From contig CAVPGK010000023.1 of NCBI GenBank assembly GCA_963703955.1, positions 32,001 to 96,000 of the forward strand: 64,000 bases of DNA, written 5' to 3'. Below the pieces are notes generated by a model. The model was not told the origin of the DNA and searched no databases. It was given only the letters and a program-made list of their open reading frames with translations. Positions 10,071 to 19,383 of this stretch are shown one piece after another. Numbering within the stretch: position 1 is the first letter of the stretch; each line of letters opens with the position of its first letter. The position numbers were made by a program, and so were the translations under genes. Source of the stretch: Nitrospirota bacterium (GTDB lineage Bacteria > Nitrospirota > Nitrospiria > Nitrospirales > Nitrospiraceae).

Positions 10071-10199
10071 AGGGATGGCCAGATTGCGCTCCATTGCGCG
10101 CATGTTATCACCTACCCAACCCCAGGCGCGCCCCTTCCCGAGCGAGCACCGTCTGGGTGTGCGGGCTGTGCGAGCACGAAGGGCAGTCTGGCCTTCCCT
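10071..10199. repeat. REP/MITE-like intergenic element with imperfect ~22-bp terminal inverted repeats
   Basis: Left end AGGGATGGCCAGATTGCGCTCC matches the reverse complement of the right end, AGGGAAGGCCAGACTGCCCTTC (4 mismatches). It fills most of the nuoA-nuoB spacer. Confidence 0.6.
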
Positions 10200-10582
10200 C
10201 AGTCCCACTCCAACGCTCCTTTTCGCCAGGCATACACATAGGCCACCAAGAACAGGCCGATAAAGATCAGCATCTCGACCAACCCGATAAGCCCGATCTG
10301 ATCAAACACCACCGCCCAGGGATAGAGAAAGATGACCTCAATATCAAAGATGACAAACAACATGGCGAAAATGTAATACCGAACGGGAAACGGCATCCGA
10401 GCGTCCGAAAATGGCTCGCTTCCGCATTCGTATGCGCTCAGTTTCTCCGCTTCCGGATACTTAGGCTGGACGAGATAGCTGAGTACAAGCGTGACGACAC
10501 CAAAAGTCAGCGCGATAGCAATGAACAACAGGATCGGAAAATAGCGGGCCAGGTAGTCATAGAGCAATTCACTGCCGCTCAC
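10199..10582 (-). CDS. nuoA: NADH-quinone oxidoreductase subunit A
   Basis: YECGSEP, FPVRYYIFAMLFVIFDIE and WRKGALEWD. GTG start at 10582 chosen because GAGGAG precedes it. Confidence 0.96.
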   Translation of the reverse strand: MSGSELLYDYLARYFPILLFIAIALTFGVVTLVLSYLVQPKYPEAEKLSAYECGSEPFSDARMPFPVRYYIFAMLFVIFDIEVIFLYPWAVVFDQIGLIGLVEMLIFIGLFLVAYVYAWRKGALEWD

Positions 10583-10844
10583 GGAGACTCCTCGTAAGTA
10601 CCGGCCCACTCTCTAGTCGGCCCGATCAGATCATATCCGGGCCGTCTACCGTCGAAACACGTTGACTTCTAATGAGGATTCGGCCATTTTAGTCAGGCTC
10701 CTAGGTCAAATTCAAGCGAACAATGGACCTAACGGCGCTTACCGATAGCCCTATTCAAGCGGTCGCCTCAAAAGGCAATTGTCTGAGGGCGGGACGCGAC
10801 CACGGAAGGCCGGCCTCAGCAAAGAAGGAATCGTCTGTCCACAG

Positions 10845-11072
10845 CTAAGGAGAGCGATGGTGACCTTTGTTTGCCTTATCCATTTGGTCCGCAGGCATCT
10901 TCAGATGTGGTGGGCTTTGAGAATCCTCATTCCATTCGGCCTCCATAGGGAGCACTGCTTTCGCTTTCTTGCGTCGATGAATTTGGGTTTCTATGCGGCG
11001 CTTTGCATCATTGGATGATTGGGCAGTCTTTATAGTTTCTCTTTGTGGATCTTGAGGTGCGCTGCCAACCAT
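10845..11072 (-). CDS. Possible small hydrophilic hypothetical protein (75 aa)
   Basis: ATG preceded by GGGGGA; the ORF fills an otherwise empty gap. No recognisable motif. Confidence 0.3.
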   Translation of the reverse strand: MVGSAPQDPQRETIKTAQSSNDAKRRIETQIHRRKKAKAVLPMEAEWNEDSQSPPHLKMPADQMDKANKGHHRSP

Positions 11073-11249
11073 AATTCCCCCGCTTGGAAAGAAACAGCTA
11101 TAGTACTTTGACCTGCCGGATGTAGGACCACACACCCTAGCATCTGCCGAAATGGCCTGTCAAACCAGGCTAACCCATTGCGTTCCCTTGACAAGTCGTC
11201 ATCCTTTGCTATGTTTTTCGATGGCACTTAGCTAAGGGGGCGACGACTG

Positions 11250-12647
11250 ATGCTAAAGAATAGACACCAACGGTTGATGCCGCTGATCGTTGCAGGGATT
11301 TTGGGTTGGTCGTCCTCGGCAATTTCTGCCGATCCCCAACTGGTCGATGTCACATACGGCGATGGAGCGCTCGCATTTTCTGCGGGCTTTATTCGCCAAT
11401 CCGTCGTCTCCGAGGGTATCGTTGCTAGGACCCCGGACAATAAGACGGTGCTGGGGAAGGGCGACCTGGTCTACCTGCGCATGAACCACCTCGCTGACGT
11501 TACTCCCGGCCGCCTGTATACCCTCTATCGACGTTCCCAGAAGGTGTTTCATCCCGGTAATCGTCGATATCTTGGCGACCTGATCAACGTCATGGGAATC
11601 GTCCGGATCGCCAAGATCAGTCATGAATTCGCCGTGGCGACAATCGAACGCTCTTATGGTCCCATTGTGCCTGGAAACGGAGTCATGCCATTTGTGGTAG
11701 CACAGGATCAACCTGGTGCGCCCGATCGGTCGTTTCCTGAAGTCCCCGGCATGATTGTGGAAATGGAGATCCAGCGCTCTCTGGTCGCACAGAATCATAA
11801 AGTCTATCTCGATTGGGGACGCGAAGACGGGCTTGCGGTCGGAGACCGGTTGGAGGTGTTTCGGGTTCGAGCAGGACAACCGGACCGGCCGGTGGGAGAA
11901 GTCAAGGTTGTTGCCTTGGAAGACCGCACCGCGACTGGCCTCATCGTGCGTTCAACCACTCAGTTCGCTCTCGGAGACCGTTTCGTCATCAAGGAAACTG
12001 CTAGCGATACGACTCACCCAGGCGCGCAGCCGACTACGAGCCATCCGACCCACGCCCGAACGAATGCCCGCCAGACCCTCTCTCAATCCTTGGGCGCCGA
12101 GATCGCTAGAGGTGACGTGAGCGTTACACAAGAGGGCGACAAGATCAGGATCAATCTGGGCGACCTCGTCGACCAGCTTGAGTACGAATCAGGGCACGCT
12201 CCGATCAAGCCGAGCGGGCTCAAGATTCTGAAGCAGATCAGCGACATCCTGAAAACCATGACAGACCAGCAGATTCAGGTTGAGGGACATACCGACAACA
12301 TGCAGATCGGCCCAAGCCTGGTCAGCCGATTCCCCACCAACCAGGAACTTTCAGAAGCCCGCGCGAATTTGATCGTCCGCTACTTCATGGAAGAAGGGCT
12401 CGATCCGTCAAGTCTCTCCGCAGTCGGTTATGCAGATAAAAGGCCGGTGACGAGCAACGCGACGGAGGACGGACGGCGAAAAAACCGTCGCATTGAAATC
12501 GAGCTCTCTCCGAAAACGCCCACTCAGCCGATTCTCGCTCCTCTTTCATCTAACCTGAACATTGGAGGAGAGATCGTTCAGGATTCGCCAAGTGACGGGC
12601 CTCAGGATACGGCGCAGAACCCAGTCGACCAGGTTCCAGCACCGTAG
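11250..12647 (+). CDS. Exported protein with a C-terminal OmpA/MotB peptidoglycan-binding domain (FlgT-C-like middle region)
   Basis: Signal peptide; VEGHTDN, NQELSEARA, VGYADKRP and KNRRIEI motifs. Confidence 0.85.
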   Translation: MLKNRHQRLMPLIVAGILGWSSSAISADPQLVDVTYGDGALAFSAGFIRQSVVSEGIVARTPDNKTVLGKGDLVYLRMNHLADVTPGRLYTLYRRSQKVFHPGNRRYLGDLINVMGIVRIAKISHEFAVATIERSYGPIVPGNGVMPFVVAQDQPGAPDRSFPEVPGMIVEMEIQRSLVAQNHKVYLDWGREDGLAVGDRLEVFRVRAGQPDRPVGEVKVVALEDRTATGLIVRSTTQFALGDRFVIKETASDTTHPGAQPTTSHPTHARTNARQTLSQSLGAEIARGDVSVTQEGDKIRINLGDLVDQLEYESGHAPIKPSGLKILKQISDILKTMTDQQIQVEGHTDNMQIGPSLVSRFPTNQELSEARANLIVRYFMEEGLDPSSLSAVGYADKRPVTSNATEDGRRKNRRIEIELSPKTPTQPILAPLSSNLNIGGEIVQDSPSDGPQDTAQNPVDQVPAP

Positions 12648-12746
12648 CCGCATCTCGAAGACTGCTCCGGTATGATTACCTCCCCACCGCTGATCCGGCA
12701 CTGATCTCCGATTGTCACACCCGGACAGGCATTGCTAGAATGCCGC

Positions 12747-15185
12747 ATGTCTGATGCCTCATCCCCTTCCACCAATCGTTCCGCTCCACTGGCCGGCGGA
12801 CTGCCGATCCTTGCCGATGTGATCATTCCCCGCCATCTCAATCGTCCATTTACGTACCTCATTCCACCCCGTATGCAAGCACGCCTGGCTATCGGAAGCC
12901 GCGTGCGGGTGCCGTTTGGTTCAACGACGCTGCAGGGCGTTGTGGTCTCACTCTTCACAGATGTCCCGGACAAGAACAGAACCGAGAATTCCGGAAAGGG
13001 CCGGCGATTGCGGGAAGTGATCGATCTGCTGGACGAGTCGCCAGGAACCAACCTGCCAAGCGACCTGATCGAATTGAGCCGTGTGATCTCTGAGCGCTAT
13101 CTGACTCCTTGGGGTCAATGTCTTCGCCTCATTCTTCCTCCGACTAGCCACCCCAAGAGAACTCGATACTCTCTGACCGATTCCGGGCGAGCGATCCTCG
13201 ATGAGCTCGATCATAAGAATCGACTGTCACCGACGAGCCGGTCGGTCTTGTCACGTCTCGGCCGGGCCCTCAACGGATTGTCGGTCGGCACCTTGCGACA
13301 AGGCATTCGCGGTGCGCTCGGGAAGACTCTGGCTTCCCTCAAGCACAGGCGATTCGTCCAGGAGGTCGTGGACAACCGCGCGGACGTTCAAGGGAACCGG
13401 CGAAGACGACGGAGACTGCCTCCGAGTGAAACGGGCCCCACCCAATTCCCCCCTCCACCCCGCCATACGATTCCACCAACAGCGGCGCCGACAATGGATA
13501 GCATGCACCGAATCCGCACAGCCATTGCCAACCAGCAGTACGCTCGCATTTTCTTACAGATACCTATCCATGAACGCTTCAACGCCCTCGCGCAAGCTGC
13601 CCAGGAGGCGCTATCCCATCATCGCACCGTTTTGATCGTAACCCCTGAAATCGCGCGGGCCGAAACCCTGGCGGCGCACTTCAAGTCGCAATGGGGAGCG
13701 CGGGTCGACCTATTCCACGGCGGCCTGTCCGCGACCGCTCGTGCCGCCACCTGGTCTCGCACACGCCAAGGGGTGGTTCGCCTGGTCGTGGGAACGCGGT
13801 CTGCGATTTTCTGCCCACTTCCGTCTCTGGGCCTAATCTGTGTCGAGGACGAACATGATCCGTCGTTGAAGGAGGAAACTGAGCCCCGATATCACGCTCG
13901 CGACGTGGCCTCGATGCGCGCTCTACGAGACGGTGCTGCGCTGCTGCTCATCTCAGCCCATCCTTCGCTTGAGACGTTTCACGCCGCCAATCAGGGACGG
14001 AATCAAGAGAGCACGACCCACGACGGGGAACACGCGGGAGGATCTATCCTCCTGAAGTGGCCATCAGTGTCACCGGCCATTCAGGTAATCGATCTCCGGC
14101 AGCATCCCAGTGACACGCTCCTGTGCGAGCCGATGGTCGCCGGAATCCAAGCCGCCCTCGATTCCCATGTGGGAGTCATGCTCTTCCTAAACCGCAAAGG
14201 ATTTGCCTCCGCACTCCTATGTCGAGAATGCGGTAGGTCTCTGCACTGCCCGCACTGTAGTATAGCCCTGACCTTTTACAAGCAGGCCAGGTGTCTCTCC
14301 TGTCGATACTGTGGCTCTTCCTTGGCGCTTCCCGATGTCTGCCCTTTCTGCTCAGCCGCCAAACTGGAGCCGGTCGGAGCAGGGACGGAGCGGATCGAAG
14401 CCATCGTGCGGCGCCTCTTTCCCAAGGCCAAGATCGGGAGGCTTGACCGTGAGGTCTCACGCGCTCAAGCAGATGCCACCCGTCGGCACGTCTTGTCCGG
14501 TGAGATCGAGATTCTTATCGGTACTCAAATGCTTTTTCATGGGTGTCCACTACCACTCGCTGGCTTCATCGGCCTGGTTCGTGCAGACGCCGGTTTGCAT
14601 CTCCCGGACTTTCGAGCTGGTGAACGCACCTTTCATGCTCTCATGGACGTGGTAGCGATGGCCCGCCCACGGGAATCGGGAGGGAATGTCGTGCTTCAAA
14701 CCTACCTGCCGACCCATCATGTCATCGCGGCCGTAGCGGAGCAAAATCCGGTGATGTTCTATGATCAGGAACTGGCCTTCCGCCGCATGTTAGCCTACCC
14801 TCCGTTTGCACATCTCATCGGCCTCCGCGTGACCGGAACGCACGAGGATCGTGTCAGACACGCCGCCGAGCAGTGGGCCAACCGATTGAGAGCCGCGGCG
14901 GCGGCGAGTCTCTCGACGGCACGGGCCTCTCAGCGTGGCCTGCCCACTTGGGCAGTTGATGGTGAACACCCGCAAGATAGGCCTCATGAAGTGTCGGTGT
15001 TGGGATCTGTCCCCTCAGCAGTGACCCTACTCCGTGGACGGTACCGTTGGCAGCTTCTGGTGAAATCGACCTGCGCGGAGGCGGCCCGAATGACGGTTCG
15101 GATGACCTTGGATGATCTGGAGCGGACCCGGGGGCAAGGCGGTCTCAAATATGAAGTCGACGTGGACCCCGTGGCCATGATGTAA
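12747..15185 (+). CDS. priA: Primosomal protein N' (PriA), degenerate Walker A
   Basis: N-terminal PFTYLIP..GSRVRVPFG, GTRSAIF.P, PRYHARDVA, FLNRKGF, four CxxC pairs, PDFRAGER and C-terminal VDVDP. Confidence 0.93.
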   Translation: MSDASSPSTNRSAPLAGGLPILADVIIPRHLNRPFTYLIPPRMQARLAIGSRVRVPFGSTTLQGVVVSLFTDVPDKNRTENSGKGRRLREVIDLLDESPGTNLPSDLIELSRVISERYLTPWGQCLRLILPPTSHPKRTRYSLTDSGRAILDELDHKNRLSPTSRSVLSRLGRALNGLSVGTLRQGIRGALGKTLASLKHRRFVQEVVDNRADVQGNRRRRRRLPPSETGPTQFPPPPRHTIPPTAAPTMDSMHRIRTAIANQQYARIFLQIPIHERFNALAQAAQEALSHHRTVLIVTPEIARAETLAAHFKSQWGARVDLFHGGLSATARAATWSRTRQGVVRLVVGTRSAIFCPLPSLGLICVEDEHDPSLKEETEPRYHARDVASMRALRDGAALLLISAHPSLETFHAANQGRNQESTTHDGEHAGGSILLKWPSVSPAIQVIDLRQHPSDTLLCEPMVAGIQAALDSHVGVMLFLNRKGFASALLCRECGRSLHCPHCSIALTFYKQARCLSCRYCGSSLALPDVCPFCSAAKLEPVGAGTERIEAIVRRLFPKAKIGRLDREVSRAQADATRRHVLSGEIEILIGTQMLFHGCPLPLAGFIGLVRADAGLHLPDFRAGERTFHALMDVVAMARPRESGGNVVLQTYLPTHHVIAAVAEQNPVMFYDQELAFRRMLAYPPFAHLIGLRVTGTHEDRVRHAAEQWANRLRAAAAASLSTARASQRGLPTWAVDGEHPQDRPHEVSVLGSVPSAVTLLRGRYRWQLLVKSTCAEAARMTVRMTLDDLERTRGQGGLKYEVDVDPVAMM

Positions 15186-15302
15186 GGAGAGGAACAGGCA
15201 CCCTGGCTGATCGCAACGCTTGCACTTCTTACGAGAAGCGGTCAACCAAAGCACGTGTTCGCATAGAGCGATTTCCAGAGAGAGCAGTCAGTGAGAGGTT
15301 CC

Positions 15303-15710
15303 CTAACGTGATTTCCCCTTCATCGGTTTTGCGGGCTCGCTTGCTGAGTCTGTCTTCTTTCTCATCCACTTGAATATTCCGTACGCGAAGGTCATCCAGA
15401 ATATGGCCGAGAAGATGCCGAAGAGCATGGCCGTGAGAATCAGTCCCATCTGTTGCTCGGTGGGCTCGGCCTCTGCCATACGGACCTGCACCATTGTCAC
15501 GATGGGCCAGGCCAGGCTTTCGATACCGAGAAACAAGGTCGCCCAGGCCCACACCGCGCCGATCGTCTGACTTAGCCACGCAAGCAACCCCGCTCCGGCC
15601 AGGCCCAACGCGACCATCATCGCGAGCGGCAATTCTCCCCAGATCATCCAGAATCCCAGCGTGACCACGAGACTTCCCAGCACCGCGTTCAACCGTATCC
15701 ACCACATCAT
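15303..15710 (-). CDS. Hypothetical membrane protein (~4 TM)
   Basis: 135-aa hydrophobic ORF with a basic C-terminal tail. Confidence 0.75.
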   Translation of the reverse strand: MMWWIRLNAVLGSLVVTLGFWMIWGELPLAMMVALGLAGAGLLAWLSQTIGAVWAWATLFLGIESLAWPIVTMVQVRMAEAEPTEQQMGLILTAMLFGIFSAIFWMTFAYGIFKWMRKKTDSASEPAKPMKGKSR

Positions 15711-15849
15711 CGCTCAGCGAATAGCTTCAGGCTTGGTTGTTGGCTATTCACTACCGGCTATTTGCGCTCAATTCTCGAGTGAAGTCAACGATCGGTGCTC
15801 CTGGCCATCCGGTTGCGTTGGTCCGACCGTTCCAGTATGGTACGAGAAA

Positions 15850-16675
15850 ATGGAAGCCATGGGTTTGAATAGGCTCGTGATGAGCGACCTTGACGGGACC
15901 TTGCTTGATCCCGTCACGTACTCCTTTGGCTCGGCCGCCAGCGCGTTGGACGGGATCAGAACGAGAGGAATCCCGCTTGTGCTCGCATCGAGCAAGACTC
16001 GCGCGGAAATGGAGCCCATCCGGTATCAGCTCAATCATTCCGGTCCTTTTATCGTGGAAAATGGCGGCGCTGTGTTCATCCCCAAGGGATTTTTCTCGTT
16101 TCCCCTGGACGGCACCGCGCTTCGCGGACCGTATCAGGTGATCGAGCTGGGGATCCCCTACGCCAAACTTCGCTCCTGGTTGAAGGAAATTGCCCAAGTC
16201 TTGGAGTGCCCGATTCGAGGGTTCGGTGATATGTCCGTCGAAGAGGTGAGCAAACGGACAGGACTATCCCACGCAGAGGCGGTGCTGGCCAAGCAACGGG
16301 AATACGATGAGCCCTTCGTCCTCGAGGGACCGCCGACACTCACCGAGGAAGTTCATCGCCTTGCCGAGGAGCGGGGGCTGGTCTGTACGCGTGGCGGCCG
16401 CTTTTATCATCTGCTGGGACTCAGTGATAAAGGCCAGGCCTGTCGATACCTCATTGAATGCTTTCCGTCGGCACGCCGCCGCGCTGCAGACCATCGGTCT
16501 TGGTGACAGTCTCAATGATCTTCCGATGCTTCAAGCGGTCGATCAGCCGGTTCTCGTGCAACGGCCGGACGGCTCCTATGATCCGGATGTGGTGCTCCCT
16601 AATCTTATTCGAGCTCCCGGCATCGGGCCAGCCGGTTGGAACGAAGCCATCCTCACTCTGTTGCGCGAGGCGTGA
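15850..16675 (+). CDS. mpgP: HAD-IIB mannosyl/glucosyl-3-phosphoglycerate phosphatase (MpgP/GpgP-like); frameshift near 16463
   Basis: DLDGTLLD, SSKTRAE, FIVENGG, REYDEPF and GGRFYHL in one frame; IGLGDSLNDLPML in the next frame after an extra base in TTTCC. Confidence 0.8.
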
Positions 16676-16784
16676 GCCTTCCAGTTGTCGGCATCCACAT
16701 TCAACGGTTCGTGAGAGAACCATACCGTTCACCGCCATGGCTGGCGGCTCTCATGAACAACCGAGGATACGGTCAGGATCACGA

Positions 16785-17960
16785 ATGGAACTGAAAGACC
16801 TGCTGTTCGGTTTAATCATTATTTACGCTTCTGCGAAAGTGATGGGCGAGCTCGCGGTGCGGGTTGGGCAATCGGCCGTCTTGGGCGAGCTCTTGGCCGG
16901 TGTGCTGGTGGGAGGGAGCGTGCTGGGGCTTGTGCATGAAACGGAAACCCTCAAGCTGCTCGGCGAGATCGGTGTGATGTTGTTGTTGTTTGAAGTGGGC
17001 CTTGAATCCGACTTGCAGTCTTTCTTGCGTGTCGGTCGTTCGGCCGCAGCGGTGGCCGCCATCGGGGTGATCGTGCCGTTCGGCCTGGGCTACCCTCTCG
17101 CTCTTGCGCTCAACCTTAACCACATGCAGGCCGTGTTCATCAGCGCCACTCTCACTGCGACCAGCGTGGCCATCTCGGCCCGGGTTCTCTCCGACCTCAA
17201 TAGGCTCAAGACAGCGGAAGGAAACATCATCCTCGGGGCGGCCGTCATCGACGACATTCTGGGACTCGTCATCCTGGCTGTTGTGCTCGGCCTGGCCGCC
17301 TCAGGTACGGTCTCCTGGCTTCAAGCCGGACGCACGGCCGGTTTGGCCGTGTTGTTCCTTACTGGCGCCATAGTCCTCGGAATCAAGTACGCGCACCTCT
17401 TCAGCAGGTTGGTCAACCTTATGAGGACGAGAGGCGCGCTCATTAGCGCTGCAATGATCTTTATTCTGTTGCTCGGCTACCTTTCCGAAGAGTTGCAAAT
17501 GGCCCCTCTTATCGGGGCCTTCGCCGCCGGGCTCATCTTGGCGCGGACCGAACATCACGCGCGCATCGTGGATTTTATGAAACCCGTCGCCGACGTGGTC
17601 GTTCCCGTCTTCTTCGTCATGATCGGAGCGGCAGTGGATCTCAGTCACCTGAACCCCTTCAACCCCCAAAACGTCACCGTCCTCTGGCTGGCCGCAGGAC
17701 TGACGATGGCTGCGATCATCGGCAAGCTGGCTTCCGGACTCGGAGCGATCGGTGAGAAGGCCAACCGGTGGGCGATCGGGGTCGGCATGATTCCTCGGGG
17801 CGAGGTCGGCATCATTTTCGCTAGCGTGGGACTGTCCTCGGCCATCATCGACCAAGCCCAATACAGCGCGATTCTGGTCATGGTCGCGCTGACCACTCTC
17901 ATGGCGCCTATTCTGCTCAAGCTGCTGTTCAAGCAATCTTCTTCGAGGGTGCCTCAGTAA
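16785..17960 (+). CDS. Cation:proton antiporter (CPA2, NapA/GerN-like)
   Basis: VLGELLAGV, LLFEVGLE, ATSVAI, AAVIDDILG, IGAFAAG and GMIPRGEVG. Confidence 0.93.
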   Translation: MELKDLLFGLIIIYASAKVMGELAVRVGQSAVLGELLAGVLVGGSVLGLVHETETLKLLGEIGVMLLLFEVGLESDLQSFLRVGRSAAAVAAIGVIVPFGLGYPLALALNLNHMQAVFISATLTATSVAISARVLSDLNRLKTAEGNIILGAAVIDDILGLVILAVVLGLAASGTVSWLQAGRTAGLAVLFLTGAIVLGIKYAHLFSRLVNLMRTRGALISAAMIFILLLGYLSEELQMAPLIGAFAAGLILARTEHHARIVDFMKPVADVVVPVFFVMIGAAVDLSHLNPFNPQNVTVLWLAAGLTMAAIIGKLASGLGAIGEKANRWAIGVGMIPRGEVGIIFASVGLSSAIIDQAQYSAILVMVALTTLMAPILLKLLFKQSSSRVPQ

Positions 17961-18142
17961 AAGACAAATTCTCGGGAATCTTCAGACCACGGAGCGACTT
18001 CTTAGCTTTACCATTGACCTTGGTGGAGGCCGCTTGACTCACCGGGCATCAACCGGACATCTTGTCCTCCTCGAAGACCAATCAATTGAAGCTAGCGGAA
18101 GGGCGGTCAGTCCGGGCGGCAACTTCTCCCGGCCTCTAGGAA

Positions 18143-18520
18143 TCAGGACGCGGGCTTAAATCCATTCTTCACGCAATACGTGGGCATGAGGTCGCCGCCG
18201 TGCCCTTCGGACTTGTGCGTCCAAGAGCGCAGGGTGCCTTGCTTATCGAAGGTGAGAACGTATTCGTCGCACCAGGTCCCCGGTGCTCCCTATTTATTCT
18301 GGGCTCCCGGTTCTTGCTGATAGATTTCGTAAACCCAGACCGGATCCCCAGCTTTGGTGGACGCGACCAGATGGGGTTGTCCCAGTCGCTGGCGAACCTC
18401 CTCTTGGGTAGCCCGATCCTGCACCGATTTCAGGTAGAGTGTTTCCTCGGGGATGAACACCGTGCACCCGCCTCCTAGCAGAGCCAGGCCGACGAGAGCC
18501 GTCTTGAGGAGAGTCTTCAT
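18143..18520 (-). pseudogene. Lipoprotein (SmpA/OmlA-like) with an in-frame amber stop
   Basis: MKTLLKTALVGLALLGGG-C lipobox. TAG at 18290-18292, after which the frame continues GAPGTWCDEYVLTFDKQGTLRSW... to TGA at 18143. Confidence 0.65.
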
Positions 18521-18890
18521 TTGAAATCCAAGGGGAAAAATCTTTTCGTCTAACCAACCAGTTTCGTGCGGGGACCTAATCAAACACAAACTCATTCAAG
18601 GCGTCAGACCCACCAGCGCGGATACACGCTGTGGAGCATCTGAAAACAAAATCAGCCTCTTCTTGTCAATCTTGAGGTAACATGCCGTCGCACTCTTGAT
18701 GAAAGGTAATACGTATACACTGACCTCCTAACTACATCAATGGGCTACAGCGCAAGGGATCCTCGCCCCCCTCGATTCTGCTCGGCTCCCTGCGCTGTAT
18801 TCTTTGTGAACCCTCAAACTTGGGCTATGCAGTCTTAACGGAATTATGCCGGTCTGCATAACACGCCAAGGCAGCACTGTAGGAGGTGTG

Positions 18891-19073
18891 ATGAGATACC
18901 CCCGTGTTGCGCATTTCCCTCAAGAAAATACCTGCGACTAAAAGGACTACTGGGAATCTTTGGCGCAAGAGTTAACCGGGGAAGCGCTGGGCGAACGGAA
19001 GAGACGAGAATCGCAGATCGATGACCTCGCCAAACTCATTCTTATTCACGTGAATACAGGAAGCTGGATTTAG
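18891..19073 (+). pseudogene. Small ~60-codon ORF broken by an in-frame TAA
   Basis: Strong RBS AGGAGG before ATG; MRYPRVAHFPQENTCD*KDYWESLAQELTGEAL...LILIHVNTGSWI*. Confidence 0.35.
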
Positions 19074-19104
19074 CTGCAACTGTCTCTCCTGTCCACACTC
19101 CGGT

Positions 19105-19368
19105 CTAGTCCATTAACAGTTGATCCACGTAGCACCAACGCCAGAGTTCCCCTGGTTCAACGGAACGGATGATGGGATGGTTGGTCGTGTGAAAGTGCTT
19201 CGTAGCGTGCTTGTTTTTCGAGGAATCGCAGCACCCGACGTGGCCACAGGTGAGACACATTCTCAAATGGACCCAACGATCTTTCATTCTCAAACACTCC
19301 TCGCAGCCGGAGGCGCTTGGCGTGACGTTATGGATCTGGTCGAGATGGGTGCAGGCTGCTTGTGGCAT
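19105..19368 (-). CDS. UBP-type zinc finger (zf-UBP) protein
   Basis: CTHL, GCEECL...WVHLRMCLTCGHVGCCDSS.NKHATKHF and EPGE.WRWCYVD. Confidence 0.92.
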   Translation of the reverse strand: MPQAACTHLDQIHNVTPSASGCEECLRMKDRWVHLRMCLTCGHVGCCDSSKNKHATKHFHTTNHPIIRSVEPGELWRWCYVDQLLMD

Positions 19369-19383
19369 GATCGGTCCCCTTTC

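Noticed and set aside
17960..18140. tRNA or att remnant at the left edge of the accessory region
   Set aside because: No cloverleaf, T-loop or CCA end was found. No tRNA or rRNA was recognised anywhere in the window.
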